This document shows, piece by piece, positions 7,944 through 17,532 of a stretch of DNA of 47,045 nucleotides (positions are counted from its first letter, which is position 1; the number at the start of each line of letters is the position of its first letter). The position numbers were made by a program, and so were the translations under genes. The stretch lies in sequence record SRR22947725_2658, one strand, 5' to 3'. The notes beneath the pieces are model-generated. The model made no database searches, was not told the DNA's origin, and saw only the letters and a program-made list of their open reading frames with translations.

Positions 7944-10885
7944 AGGAATGAGGCGAACATGGCCACTACCGCAACTCCCACCAAGGCGCCCACCCGATAG
8001 AGCTGATTCAGGTGTGAAATGTCGTGGAGGAACACTTTGCTCAAAGTGACCCCTAGCAAACCCAATCCTGCCCACCGTGTTTCACGGAGCTTTTTCCCAA
8101 TGCCTAAGATGATTAAAAGAAAGGCGAACAAGGACCAACTAATGCTGTAACACAGATCACGAGCCAAATTTCCTGTAAACTCAAAGACTAGTGACCCTGA
8201 GCCTGGTTTCGCAAAAAAGTCCGCAATTTCTATGTTCAACAACAAGAAGCACAGAAGACCTCCCATGGCATAAAGCCACGAGGTTGCCCGATTGAATATG
8301 CCATCCAAACCATAGCGTTTCATGCAAGTGGCTGCATAAAACATAGATAAAGAAGCTGTTGTGTAGGTGTAGAGATACCAATTCAGGATCGGCCATTCGC
8401 CACGAGGATGATATTGCAATACACCTGGATTCAAGGCCAGACGAAGGAATGCCAAAGACATCAATGCAATCCCCCATCCAAGCAGACCCCGATGTGAAAT
8501 ATGCCGATAAAACCAAACCAGAGCTGCCCCTTCCAGCGCCCATCCCACAGTCAACCACTCATGACTCCATTGGATCGGGAAAATCAAAGTGACGAACAGG
8601 CAGGATACGCCACCAAACCAAGCCAAAACACTACGACCTTCTTCTGTTTTATCCGAAATTTGCGACCAAAGTAGATACAGCGCCGCCAAGGATACCAACG
8701 CAAAGGCAGCTGGAAGCAAGCCCATGATTCCCCAGTCAAAACTTCGATCTATCCAACTGTAAATTAGGAAGAAATGCCCCACGCCTGATAATGCCGATGC
8801 TATCCAATTTTGTTTAGGAGCCGCTTGTCCTTTTTGCGTGATGAATGGCGTGATGAGGAAAACCGCATAGTGAGTGACCATCCAAATCAGGATTCCATGA
8901 TGCTCGTTGTTGGTTCCATGGTGGTGTGACAATGACCATTGAACCGTCATAGCAGCTCCTAGTCCTGCCAGCGAAATCCATCCATTCTTACGGCTTAGCC
9001 AGCTTGCGAAACAGCTAAGTATTAGCGAAATTCCCATCACCCAATTCATAGGTGGAACATCCATCCTGCCAAGGGTTCCTAGCAACAGCATGAAAGGTAG
9101 TAAAATGGCGTAGGATTGACCTAAAAGTTGCATGGCGGCCAACCTATCGGTTCCCAGAGAAGGAAGGTTTCCTAAGGTTTTTCCAGCTGGCATTTTGCTT
9201 ATGGACGCCAACCACTGGGGCATTCTTTGGATAAGGACCAGTAAAAATACGGACAAGACCAGAATCCAAGGAAATAGGCCTGAAGTTCCAACTATCTCAG
9301 CAGGTAAAGTCAGCGTCCAAACTCCCAGAAGGCCCATGGTGAAAACGATGGCTCCTATCATCAGCATTTGGGATCCACAGATGAATGAGAGAAAGAGGAT
9401 GGCGGTGACGATCAGAAGTGTCACAGGCCACAATGCGGGCGAAGCTATGGGAGTTTTTAAGAGGCTGATACCTATCATGCAGAATGACGACAGAGGAGTG
9501 AGCAGATTCCACTTCGACATGGAAGCTGCTTTGTTTTTCTTGAGTTGCAGCAATAGATGCGCTGATTGCATGAGCCCAAAGACCAGGCAAACTCCCAAGA
9601 CCCAAACTGTCCAAGTGTTGTCCGAGTACTGATAGGTCCATCGACTCAACGCCAGAAACGCAAGCCCGGCATTCAGGGAATCCCAATGAGTGACTCCGTT
9701 TCGATGAATGGATTGCCACATCAATAAAAAGGTCGTGGCTAAGATCAAAAGCGCAATCCAAGCAGGATGATAGCTACTGGTCCCACCTGCCATTGCCAGT
9801 AAAACCATGCCTATGGCCCCCATTGATGGAATTTGGAAAGCAGGCAGTACTTTTTCATTCATGGGGTTCTTCTTGTGCATTATAATTTCAGCCAGTGCGA
9901 ACAGGGAACTGAACGGAATGAAGATTGCGATCGCGGTAAACCAGGGAAAGGAAGTTGGCTGATTCACCATCCAGAGTATTTCATAGCACAATGTTCCAAT
10001 GGCGGTAGCCCATATCATTCTGGACCATTGTTGACGAATGGATACCACCAGTACACCGATATTCAACAGTCCGATGTAAGTGAAGAGTGCAGCTACCTGC
10101 GATGTGTTGGAATCCAATAACAGGGGGGTGATGTAGCCACCCAGCAGGCCAAGCCCCGCTACAATCTGTGCTCTCCAGCGATCAGCCAAAAAAATTGCTC
10201 CTGCAGTCACTACCGACATCAGTGCAAAAGTGACCCCGAGGCTGAAGAAGCGAAAATGATATACCGAGTGTGCTGCAAACGAGACGGCATAAAGTCCCAC
10301 GATCCCAGTGGCTGTTAAGGTGTGGGAGGTGATCTTATAAGGTTTACGGTTCATCCGGACGCCTCCTAGCATCATGCTCGCTGCTATAACGTATCCGATG
10401 CTTACCCGGGCGGCAGGGGAAATCAAATTGTGGTCAAAGGAATATTTCACAAAAAAGGAAATCGCGAATAATAGTGCTAATCCACCGATCCAGGCGAACA
10501 ATCGAGCTCCCATGAACATTTCCCATGAGAAGGAAGGTTCAGGGGAATGATGAGCTGGAGCGATAGGAGGTTTTGGTTCAGCCGGGATTTTGGCAACAAC
10601 TGCATTCTTCGTTTGTTTGGGCTCAACTCCCGATGTCTGTGCTTTCACGTCGGAATTATAGGGGGAAGAAATCTTTGCCTTTTGAATGGACGGGGTGCTG
10701 CGCATTGTACGTTGCTCAGGCATGTATTCCAACTCGGCTAGTTGCTTCTCTGCCTTTGTGATAAGCGCCTTCTCTTTCCAAATGCTCCATTCCTTTTGCG
10801 TTTTCTGCGCTATCCAGAGGGCTGATGCGGACAGCATGAGGGGGAGCATGTGCCAAATGAGCTCGAATTCGATGAATGATAACAT
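7895..10885 (-). CDS. DUF2339 family polytopic membrane protein
   Basis: 996 aa with many hydrophobic segments; WEMFMGARLFAWIGG..L.FA..FFVKYSFD..LISPAARV..G near the N-terminus and TLSKVFLHDISHL.QLYRVGAL at the C-terminus. Confidence 0.9.
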   Translation of the reverse strand: MLSFIEFELIWHMLPLMLSASALWIAQKTQKEWSIWKEKALITKAEKQLAELEYMPEQRTMRSTPSIQKAKISSPYNSDVKAQTSGVEPKQTKNAVVAKIPAEPKPPIAPAHHSPEPSFSWEMFMGARLFAWIGGLALLFAISFFVKYSFDHNLISPAARVSIGYVIAASMMLGGVRMNRKPYKITSHTLTATGIVGLYAVSFAAHSVYHFRFFSLGVTFALMSVVTAGAIFLADRWRAQIVAGLGLLGGYITPLLLDSNTSQVAALFTYIGLLNIGVLVVSIRQQWSRMIWATAIGTLCYEILWMVNQPTSFPWFTAIAIFIPFSSLFALAEIIMHKKNPMNEKVLPAFQIPSMGAIGMVLLAMAGGTSSYHPAWIALLILATTFLLMWQSIHRNGVTHWDSLNAGLAFLALSRWTYQYSDNTWTVWVLGVCLVFGLMQSAHLLLQLKKNKAASMSKWNLLTPLSSFCMIGISLLKTPIASPALWPVTLLIVTAILFLSFICGSQMLMIGAIVFTMGLLGVWTLTLPAEIVGTSGLFPWILVLSVFLLVLIQRMPQWLASISKMPAGKTLGNLPSLGTDRLAAMQLLGQSYAILLPFMLLLGTLGRMDVPPMNWVMGISLILSCFASWLSRKNGWISLAGLGAAMTVQWSLSHHHGTNNEHHGILIWMVTHYAVFLITPFITQKGQAAPKQNWIASALSGVGHFFLIYSWIDRSFDWGIMGLLPAAFALVSLAALYLLWSQISDKTEEGRSVLAWFGGVSCLFVTLIFPIQWSHEWLTVGWALEGAALVWFYRHISHRGLLGWGIALMSLAFLRLALNPGVLQYHPRGEWPILNWYLYTYTTASLSMFYAATCMKRYGLDGIFNRATSWLYAMGGLLCFLLLNIEIADFFAKPGSGSLVFEFTGNLARDLCYSISWSLFAFLLIILGIGKKLRETRWAGLGLLGVTLSKVFLHDISHLNQLYRVGALVGVAVVAMFASFLYQKYAKTLKETSSLK

Positions 10886-11251
10886 GATATTTTTTACGGT
10901 ATTGATTCTTTAAGGCGCTTGTGTTCCGTTATGCATTATGTGTGCCAGAATTTATTGAGCGTATGTAACTTACAGAATACGAACATGAAACGTTTGTTGA
11001 ATCCTGTTCGTTGGTATGAGGGAGAGGCCGGTTGTCTGTGCAATTTATGTATGCATAGTATTCATTTTAGGTTTGCTCCCTTATTTGATTATATTTCACA
11101 AAAGGTGTGCTTGGCTTTGGTTTAAAGTCACAAAGTATCGCTTGCTAACTTCGTTGTTTCTAAACAATGAACCGCTATTCTGAAGGTGTTAGGTCGAGAA
11201 TTACGTTGGCTCGAGTGGTTGATTCCTATTATGGTTTGAGGGTAATCAGCT

Positions 11252-12172
11252 ATGAAAATTACTCGCCGTCAATTTATTCGCAGCGCTGCTGTGGCTGGGA
11301 CCGGGTGCCTGGTTTCTGCAGGCATGCCTTCGCAACTTTCCGCTCAAATGTCCCGCTCACACATGAACCCCGAGTATAAAGCAAGAGGCGGCCCTGTTCG
11401 ACACTCGGTGATGGGTTGGTGTTTTAATCCCATGCCGACGAGTGATTTGATCCGGCAGGGGAAGGCAATGGGACTTGAAGGCATTGAGGGTATATCTCAA
11501 TCTTCGTATAAGGAGGCAATGGATGCAGGCTTAAAAATTTCGCTTGTTTCAGGCGGTCACGGATTTCGCGAAGGACCCTGCAATCCGAAATTTCATGACA
11601 AGGTTGTTGAAGGATTGCGTCGGTCCATTGAAACCGCATCGGATATTGGCGCCAAAAATGTCATCACATTTACAGGGATGCGTTATGAGGGCATGGATGA
11701 CGAAGCCGCGGCTCAGCGCTGCGTGGAGACATGGAAGGAAGTGTTGTCATTGGCAGAGTCCAAGGGAATTACCTTAATGCTTGAGCACCTGAATTCCCGT
11801 GATGATTCGCATCCGATGAAGGGACACCCCGGGTATTTTGGAGATGATGTGGATTTTTGTGTCGATATGATCCGACAAATTGGATCGAATCACTTCAAAC
11901 TGCTGTTTGATATTTACCATGTATCCGTCATGAACGGTGATGTGATCCGTCGCATTCGCCGCTATCATCCGATGATAGGGCATTACCACACTGCGGGGAA
12001 TCCCGGTCGCGGTGAATTGGATCAAACCCAGGAAATCAATTACCCGGCCGTGATCCATGAAATCCTGAAAACCGGATATCAGGGGTTTCTTGCGCATGAG
12101 TTCATCCCTACCTGGGATGATCCCATGACTTCATTGCGCCATGGGATTCAAGTTTGTGATCTGGATACCTGA
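11252..12172 (+). CDS. Hydroxypyruvate isomerase-like TIM-barrel protein (xylose isomerase-like fold), Tat-exported
   Basis: TRRQFI Tat motif; LEHLNSR, KLLFDIYH, IGHYHTAGNPGRGELD..QEINYP, HEFIP. Confidence 0.9.
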   Translation: MKITRRQFIRSAAVAGTGCLVSAGMPSQLSAQMSRSHMNPEYKARGGPVRHSVMGWCFNPMPTSDLIRQGKAMGLEGIEGISQSSYKEAMDAGLKISLVSGGHGFREGPCNPKFHDKVVEGLRRSIETASDIGAKNVITFTGMRYEGMDDEAAAQRCVETWKEVLSLAESKGITLMLEHLNSRDDSHPMKGHPGYFGDDVDFCVDMIRQIGSNHFKLLFDIYHVSVMNGDVIRRIRRYHPMIGHYHTAGNPGRGELDQTQEINYPAVIHEILKTGYQGFLAHEFIPTWDDPMTSLRHGIQVCDLDT

Positions 12173-12708
12173 TCAAGCATTTGACAGATTTTTTCAGAAC
12201 ATTCAGCGGCTAGTTCTTTTCCCTGAAAGTGCCGTGCGATCAATAAAATCCTGAGTGGCAATGAGGTTGCGAGGGTCATGAAATTGATTCCCCGAGGTTT
12301 CTTGCTTGTTTGGTTCAATCACTCATCGGGAAACGATGGGTTGACGTCACAAATCATGCGAAACAGCAGATCTGCTTTGCGGTTTTTGACTGTTATTATA
12401 CCCAAATTGGTCTTCAGTATGTGCATGAAAGTTTTTTCTGATGCGCATCGCTGAGCTCAATATGGATCCTCACCGGTTTGTTCCTATCTGTTCAAAAACC
12501 TTTGCTGTCAGGGATTCATTTGTGAGCAAGAGTATCAACCTGCAATCAGGAATACTTTATGGGAGACTTGTTTGCTGGCTTCATAATATGCCTCAATGTT
12601 TGAGTGACAGTGGCGAGAATAGATCCCCGCTTGTAATGATCGACACAAAGTCGCAGCGAAATGAATCGTTCCGCTTTTCGGTTTGGGGTTGCTTGGTATC
12701 CTGCATCG

Positions 12709-13605
12709 CTACGAGCCCTTGATCCATCGCCTCAGTGTTACCAAATCTTTTTCAAGGGCGTCCGTGTTGGGTTTCAGACCGGCACGTTGCAGGTATTCGA
12801 CATGCAGGGAAATGGGGCCTTCAAATCCGTTCAATCGTTCGGGAGTGAAAAATCGATCATTCACCCATCCATCACCCAGGGGAACATTGACAAGTTTCCC
12901 TTCCTCCCAGCGAAAATCCTTCACATAAACGGCCCCTACATGAGGTTGAATCACATTCCAGTAAACAGGCCAGCTCATGCCTCCTTCCGCTTTTGCGTGA
13001 CGCATATCAAAACCCACTGCCATCTGGTCTCGAGGAATGCCTTTCAGTAATTCCCGTAAATCCCATATCGTACCCCCCAGGTAACGGTCTCCGGCATGAT
13101 TCTGGTAAATGGCCTGCATGCCGAGTTCCCGGTTGAGAGCAGCAAGCTCTTTGGCCATTGATTTAAAGTTGGCTATCTGATCGATCACCGATTTCTTCAA
13201 ATCATACTTGTAGTAGGACATTCTGTAACGCTTGACGCCGAGTTTTGAAGCCAGTCGCAGCGTTTTTTCTGATAATGGATCATCTGCACGGTTGATTCCT
13301 GAGGCCATGATGGTCATATCGACGTCATGCGTCCTGAGAGCCTGCATTAGCTTCGGCAAATCTTCTTCCACACGTTCAGGTGGAACGTGGCCTCCAGGTC
13401 TGACTGTTCCCTCAATCCCGTCAAATCCAAGCCGTTTGATGGTTGCAGCAAGTTCTTCGAAGGACATTTCCTGCAAAAACTTTACGAAGGCGCAGATCGG
13501 ATGCTTGTGTTTGCCTGATTGGCCAAACAGATTGGGCGGAATCAGCAGAGAGCCTGCAGCCATGGACGATTGAATGGCAAAACTTCTTCGGTTGATGGAT
13601 TTCAT
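12709..13605 (-). CDS. Sugar phosphate isomerase/epimerase family TIM-barrel protein, Tat-exported
   Basis: Likely start MKSINRRSFA at 13605 (ORF track extends to 13665); LGFDGIEGTVRPGGHV, YQNH, FDMRH, VYVKDF, PLGDG, ISLHVEY. Confidence 0.88.
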   Translation of the reverse strand: MKSINRRSFAIQSSMAAGSLLIPPNLFGQSGKHKHPICAFVKFLQEMSFEELAATIKRLGFDGIEGTVRPGGHVPPERVEEDLPKLMQALRTHDVDMTIMASGINRADDPLSEKTLRLASKLGVKRYRMSYYKYDLKKSVIDQIANFKSMAKELAALNRELGMQAIYQNHAGDRYLGGTIWDLRELLKGIPRDQMAVGFDMRHAKAEGGMSWPVYWNVIQPHVGAVYVKDFRWEEGKLVNVPLGDGWVNDRFFTPERLNGFEGPISLHVEYLQRAGLKPNTDALEKDLVTLRRWIKGS

Positions 13606-13748
13606 AAGGAGAACATCTATCCTAAACGACGATGATGGATCCTCCAAGACGATAAAGGTCGCCATAATCGTTCGACTTTTTCAAAAAAAACTAGCGAGAG
13701 ACGATCTGTCAACGCATGATGGTCCCTGTTAGGTTTGAATGGCAAATC

Positions 13749-13988
13749 ATGAAGGTTAAGATCATAATCACTCCCAAGAAAGCTGTCCTTGATCCCCAGG
13801 GCCAGGCGGTGCTTAATGCATTGGAGCACATGGGGTACGATGGGGTAAAGGATGTGCATGTAGGTCGTTTTCTCGAGCTGGAACTCTCGGGTGACAAAGC
13901 GTCTATGGAATCACGGATTGAAGATGCCTGTCACAGGTTTCTCTCCAATCCCGTGATCGAAGATTACCGAGTTGAATGGGAGGAATGA
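13749..13988 (+). CDS. purS: Phosphoribosylformylglycinamidine synthase subunit PurS
   Basis: MKVKIIITPKKAVLDPQGQAV...L.NPVIEDY; first gene of purSQL; start taken at ATG 13749. Confidence 0.96.
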   Translation: MKVKIIITPKKAVLDPQGQAVLNALEHMGYDGVKDVHVGRFLELELSGDKASMESRIEDACHRFLSNPVIEDYRVEWEE

Positions 13989-14055
13989 ATTTTCTGACCA
14001 TCGGGCGACCATGTGCGCCATCTTCTTTTAAACTGACTAAAACCACACAACGTTT

Positions 14056-14814
14056 ATGACTCAGGTCGATACCGAGACAGAATTATCAACCATTTCTGAT
14101 CAGGGAAATGCCTCCAAATTTTCTTTTGGAGTGCTACAGTTTCCCGGGTCCAACAGTGATCAGGACTGCGTCAATGCCATTGAGGTCCTTGGGCATGAAG
14201 CCCATTATGTCTGGCACAAAGAAGAGAGTCTGGGGCACTTGGATGCGGTATTGGTGCCAGGAGGTTTCTCTTATGGGGATTACCTGCGAGCGGGTGCCAT
14301 TGCCAGGTTCAGCCCGGTCATGCGTGCTTTGGCTGATTTTGCCGAGAACGGCGGATTGGTTCTGGGAGTGTGCAACGGGTTTCAAATTCTATGTGAAGCG
14401 GGATTGTTGCCCGGTGCCTTGATCCTCAACCGTTCACTGCAGTTTCGATCTGAATTCGTTCATCTGAGTACGGTCAATTCGGATACTCCTTTCACGAAAG
14501 CCATTCCTGCCGACCAATTGATGCGAGTGCCGATTGCACATGGCGAAGGCTGTTACTTTGCTGATGGATCCACCCTCAATGAGATGGAATCTCATGGCCA
14601 GATTCTCTGGAAGTATGCAACGGCTCAAGGAGATGTAGAGGATCATGCCAATCCAAACGGCTCCGTTCATGGAATCGCCGGAGTTTGTAATAAGGCTGGA
14701 AATGTGGCGGCCCTCATGCCTCACCCTGAACGAGCCTGCCAGGAGGCCATCGGTAGTGCGGATGGACAGTGGGTTTTTCGCAGCCTGATCGAACACTTGA
14801 AGGATGCCAAATAA
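14056..14814 (+). CDS. purQ: FGAM synthase glutaminase subunit PurQ
   Basis: FPGSN, PGGFSYGDYLRAGAIA, GVCNGFQ (catalytic Cys), PIAHGEG, NPNGS, MPHPER. Confidence 0.97.
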   Translation: MTQVDTETELSTISDQGNASKFSFGVLQFPGSNSDQDCVNAIEVLGHEAHYVWHKEESLGHLDAVLVPGGFSYGDYLRAGAIARFSPVMRALADFAENGGLVLGVCNGFQILCEAGLLPGALILNRSLQFRSEFVHLSTVNSDTPFTKAIPADQLMRVPIAHGEGCYFADGSTLNEMESHGQILWKYATAQGDVEDHANPNGSVHGIAGVCNKAGNVAALMPHPERACQEAIGSADGQWVFRSLIEHLKDAK

Positions 14815-14880
14815 TACAAATCTGTTTCAATCATATCGCTCAAATTTTTTCCCATCGATTACGTCACAGGATTCAAAAAC

Positions 14881-17199
14881 ATGTCCGATCCAAAAATTAC
14901 GCCCGAACTGATACGGCAACACAATCTCACGGACGAGGAATATCAGCTCATTCTCAAACAACTTGGCCGTGAGCCGAACATCACTGAACTGGGCATTTTT
15001 TCGGTGATGTGGAGTGAACACTGCTCTTACAAAAACACACGCCCGCTGCTCAAAGGCTTTCCGACGCGGTCCTCAAATGTGCTTGTCCCTGCGGGAGAGG
15101 AAAACGCCGGGGTGATTGATATTGGTGATGGTTTGGCGGTGGCTTTTAAAATCGAATCGCACAATCATCCCAGCGCTGTGGAACCGTTTCAAGGTGCAAC
15201 CACAGGGGTAGGAGGGATCATTCGTGATATCTTTACCATGGGCGCTCGTCCTATTTGTGCCGTCAATTCCCTGCGCTTTGGTAAGTTAGATTCGCCTGAG
15301 GTACGACGTCTGTTTCGTGGTGTGGTGGCAGGCATTGGACATTATGGCAATTGTTTCGGCATTCCTACAGTGGCGGGTGAAGTTTACTTTGATGAATCCT
15401 ATGAAGGAAACCCTTTGGTCAACGCCTTCAGTCTTGGTGTGCTGAGGCATGAACAAATTGCACGAGGTGCAGCGCAGGGCACCGGGAATCCTGTGTTTTA
15501 CGTCGGACCGGCGACCGGTCGTGACGGACTTGCAGGAGCTGCTTTTGCCTCTCAGGATTTGACCGAAGAGTCTGCTGAACAGCAACGCGGAGCCGTACAG
15601 GTCGGGGATCCTTTCATGGAAAAACTTTGTATGGAGGCCTGTCTGGAGTTGTTAGCAACAGGTGCCGTGGCCGGGATTCAGGATATGGGGGCTGCTGGAT
15701 TGACCTGTTCCACTTGCGAGACAGCTGCACGAGGAGGCACTGGAATTGAGATTGAACTGGATAAAGTACCTCAACGTGGTCCGGGTATGAGTCCTTATGA
15801 AATCATGTTGAGCGAGTCTCAAGAGCGCATGTTGATTATTGTTCACAAAGGGCGCGAGGACGAGGTGAAGCGTATTTTTGATAAATGGGATCTGCCCTGG
15901 GCTGAAATTGGCTTTGTCACCGATACAGGTCAAATGGTGGTGAAACATCATGGGGAAATAGTTGCGGATTTGCCTGCCGCCAAGTTAGCCGATGAGGCAC
16001 CGATTTACCACCGTGAGGCTACTGAACCCGAATATTTAAAGGAAACGCGTGGTTTGGATCTGCACTCGATCCAAGACACGACCGACGTTGAGGGGGATCT
16101 GCATGCATTGATGGCCTGGCCTACGATCGCATCCAAGAACTGGGTTTATCGTCAGTATGATTACACGGTTCGAAACGGCACGATGGTTCATCCTGGATCC
16201 GATGCTGCGGTGATACGTGTGAAACCTGATTCTCTTCCCGTGTTGTCTGAAGACTCTCCAAATCGTGATGTCATCCCGCCCGAAAAATATCTTGCGATGT
16301 CGGTCGATGGGAATGGTGCTTATGTTTATCTGGACCCATACGAAGGAGGTAAGATTGCGGTTGCAGAGGCTGCTCGTAATTTGGCTTGTTCTGGTGCGGT
16401 GCCTTTGGGAACGACTGACAATTTAAATTTTGGAAACCCTCACAACCCAGAGCTTTTTTGGCAATTGAAGGAAGCGGTGCGCGGGCTAGCAGATGCCTGT
16501 ACTCACTTTGAAGCGCCGGTGACAGGAGGAAACGTCAGTCTCTACAACCAGAACCCAAAAGGAGCCATCGACCCGACCCCGACAGTCGCCATGGTTGGAT
16601 TGATTGAGGATCCATCTCACATTACCACACAATGGTTCAAGAACGAGGGAGACGTCATTCTTTTGATCGGTGAAAGCCTCGATTCAGACGACCCTTATCA
16701 AGGTTTGGGTGGTTCAGCATATTTAAAAGTGCGTCACGGTTTGAAGAAGGGCTTGCCTCCAAGGTGTGATTTGACAGTTGAGAAGAATATTCATAATGCG
16801 CTGCGTGGCTGGATCGCACAGGGAGCCATACAAAGCGCACACGATTGCAGTGAGGGTGGCTTGGCTGTTGCCTTGGGAGAGTGTTGTATTTCAAGGGAGA
16901 GCGCTCGACACACACCGCATTTGATAGGGGCTGAAATTCAACTCAAACATTCTGAGCAAGATCGCCTGGACGCATTGCTTTTTGGCGAGACACAAGGTCG
17001 AATCATTATTTCTGTTCCTTCCGTTCTTGTTGGGAAAATTATAGGACAAGCCGAGGTAATGGATATACCGGTTGAAAAAATAGGCACTGTCGGGGGCAAG
17101 ACTCTATCAATCGGCGTGGACAAGCACCAATTCGACTGGGATCTCAGCAAGCTACACGATGCATGGTTCAACTCCATTGATCAAATAATGGAATCTTGA
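14881..17199 (+). CDS. purL: FGAM synthase synthetase subunit PurL (small type)
   Basis: [66 protein letters not shown]. Confidence 0.98.
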   Translation: MSDPKITPELIRQHNLTDEEYQLILKQLGREPNITELGIFSVMWSEHCSYKNTRPLLKGFPTRSSNVLVPAGEENAGVIDIGDGLAVAFKIESHNHPSAVEPFQGATTGVGGIIRDIFTMGARPICAVNSLRFGKLDSPEVRRLFRGVVAGIGHYGNCFGIPTVAGEVYFDESYEGNPLVNAFSLGVLRHEQIARGAAQGTGNPVFYVGPATGRDGLAGAAFASQDLTEESAEQQRGAVQVGDPFMEKLCMEACLELLATGAVAGIQDMGAAGLTCSTCETAARGGTGIEIELDKVPQRGPGMSPYEIMLSESQERMLIIVHKGREDEVKRIFDKWDLPWAEIGFVTDTGQMVVKHHGEIVADLPAAKLADEAPIYHREATEPEYLKETRGLDLHSIQDTTDVEGDLHALMAWPTIASKNWVYRQYDYTVRNGTMVHPGSDAAVIRVKPDSLPVLSEDSPNRDVIPPEKYLAMSVDGNGAYVYLDPYEGGKIAVAEAARNLACSGAVPLGTTDNLNFGNPHNPELFWQLKEAVRGLADACTHFEAPVTGGNVSLYNQNPKGAIDPTPTVAMVGLIEDPSHITTQWFKNEGDVILLIGESLDSDDPYQGLGGSAYLKVRHGLKKGLPPRCDLTVEKNIHNALRGWIAQGAIQSAHDCSEGGLAVALGECCISRESARHTPHLIGAEIQLKHSEQDRLDALLFGETQGRIIISVPSVLVGKIIGQAEVMDIPVEKIGTVGGKTLSIGVDKHQFDWDLSKLHDAWFNSIDQIMES

Positions 17200-17204
17200 A
17201 GGGG

Positions 17205-17258
17205 GAAAACAAAGCGGGTCTTGGTGTACACACGATTAATTTAACACCAAAACCCGCT
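17205..17258 (-). terminator. Intrinsic terminator-like hairpin between convergent purL and polA, best on the minus strand
   Basis: Inverted repeat 17213-17227 / 17244-17258 (agcgggtcttggtgt / acaccaaaacccgct). Its single mismatch is a G-U pair only on the minus strand, where the stem is followed by TTGTTTT. Confidence 0.6.
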
Positions 17259-17532
17259 GTCTTCGCACTCGCGGAGACAGAACAGTTCTATCGATTTTCA
17301 GGCTGTTTTCAAAGAGAAAAATTCAAAAATTTGATTTCCTTGCCATTTCATGCATAGGGTGATCATTGGGTGGATCAATTGTTTTGATGTAACCTATTTT
17401 TAATCAGTTTGTAATGATCATGCCTCAACTCGGATCACATCCCCCTACAATACTCCTTACAACCAGAAAATATTCAAGATCCTGGTTTGGTGTAACGATA
17501 AAGTAAATGTTCTAGTTCGGCTTTCAGGCTCA

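Noticed and set aside
10964..10974. Palindrome TGTAACTTACA in the DUF2339 / TIM-barrel divergent region
   Set aside because: Short, AT-rich and single copy, with no regulator gene nearby; cannot be distinguished from chance.
12312..12355. GAAA-containing hairpin followed by GACG, reminiscent of a GEMM motif
   Set aside because: Flanking consensus does not match, and it lies between two gene 3' ends rather than in a leader.
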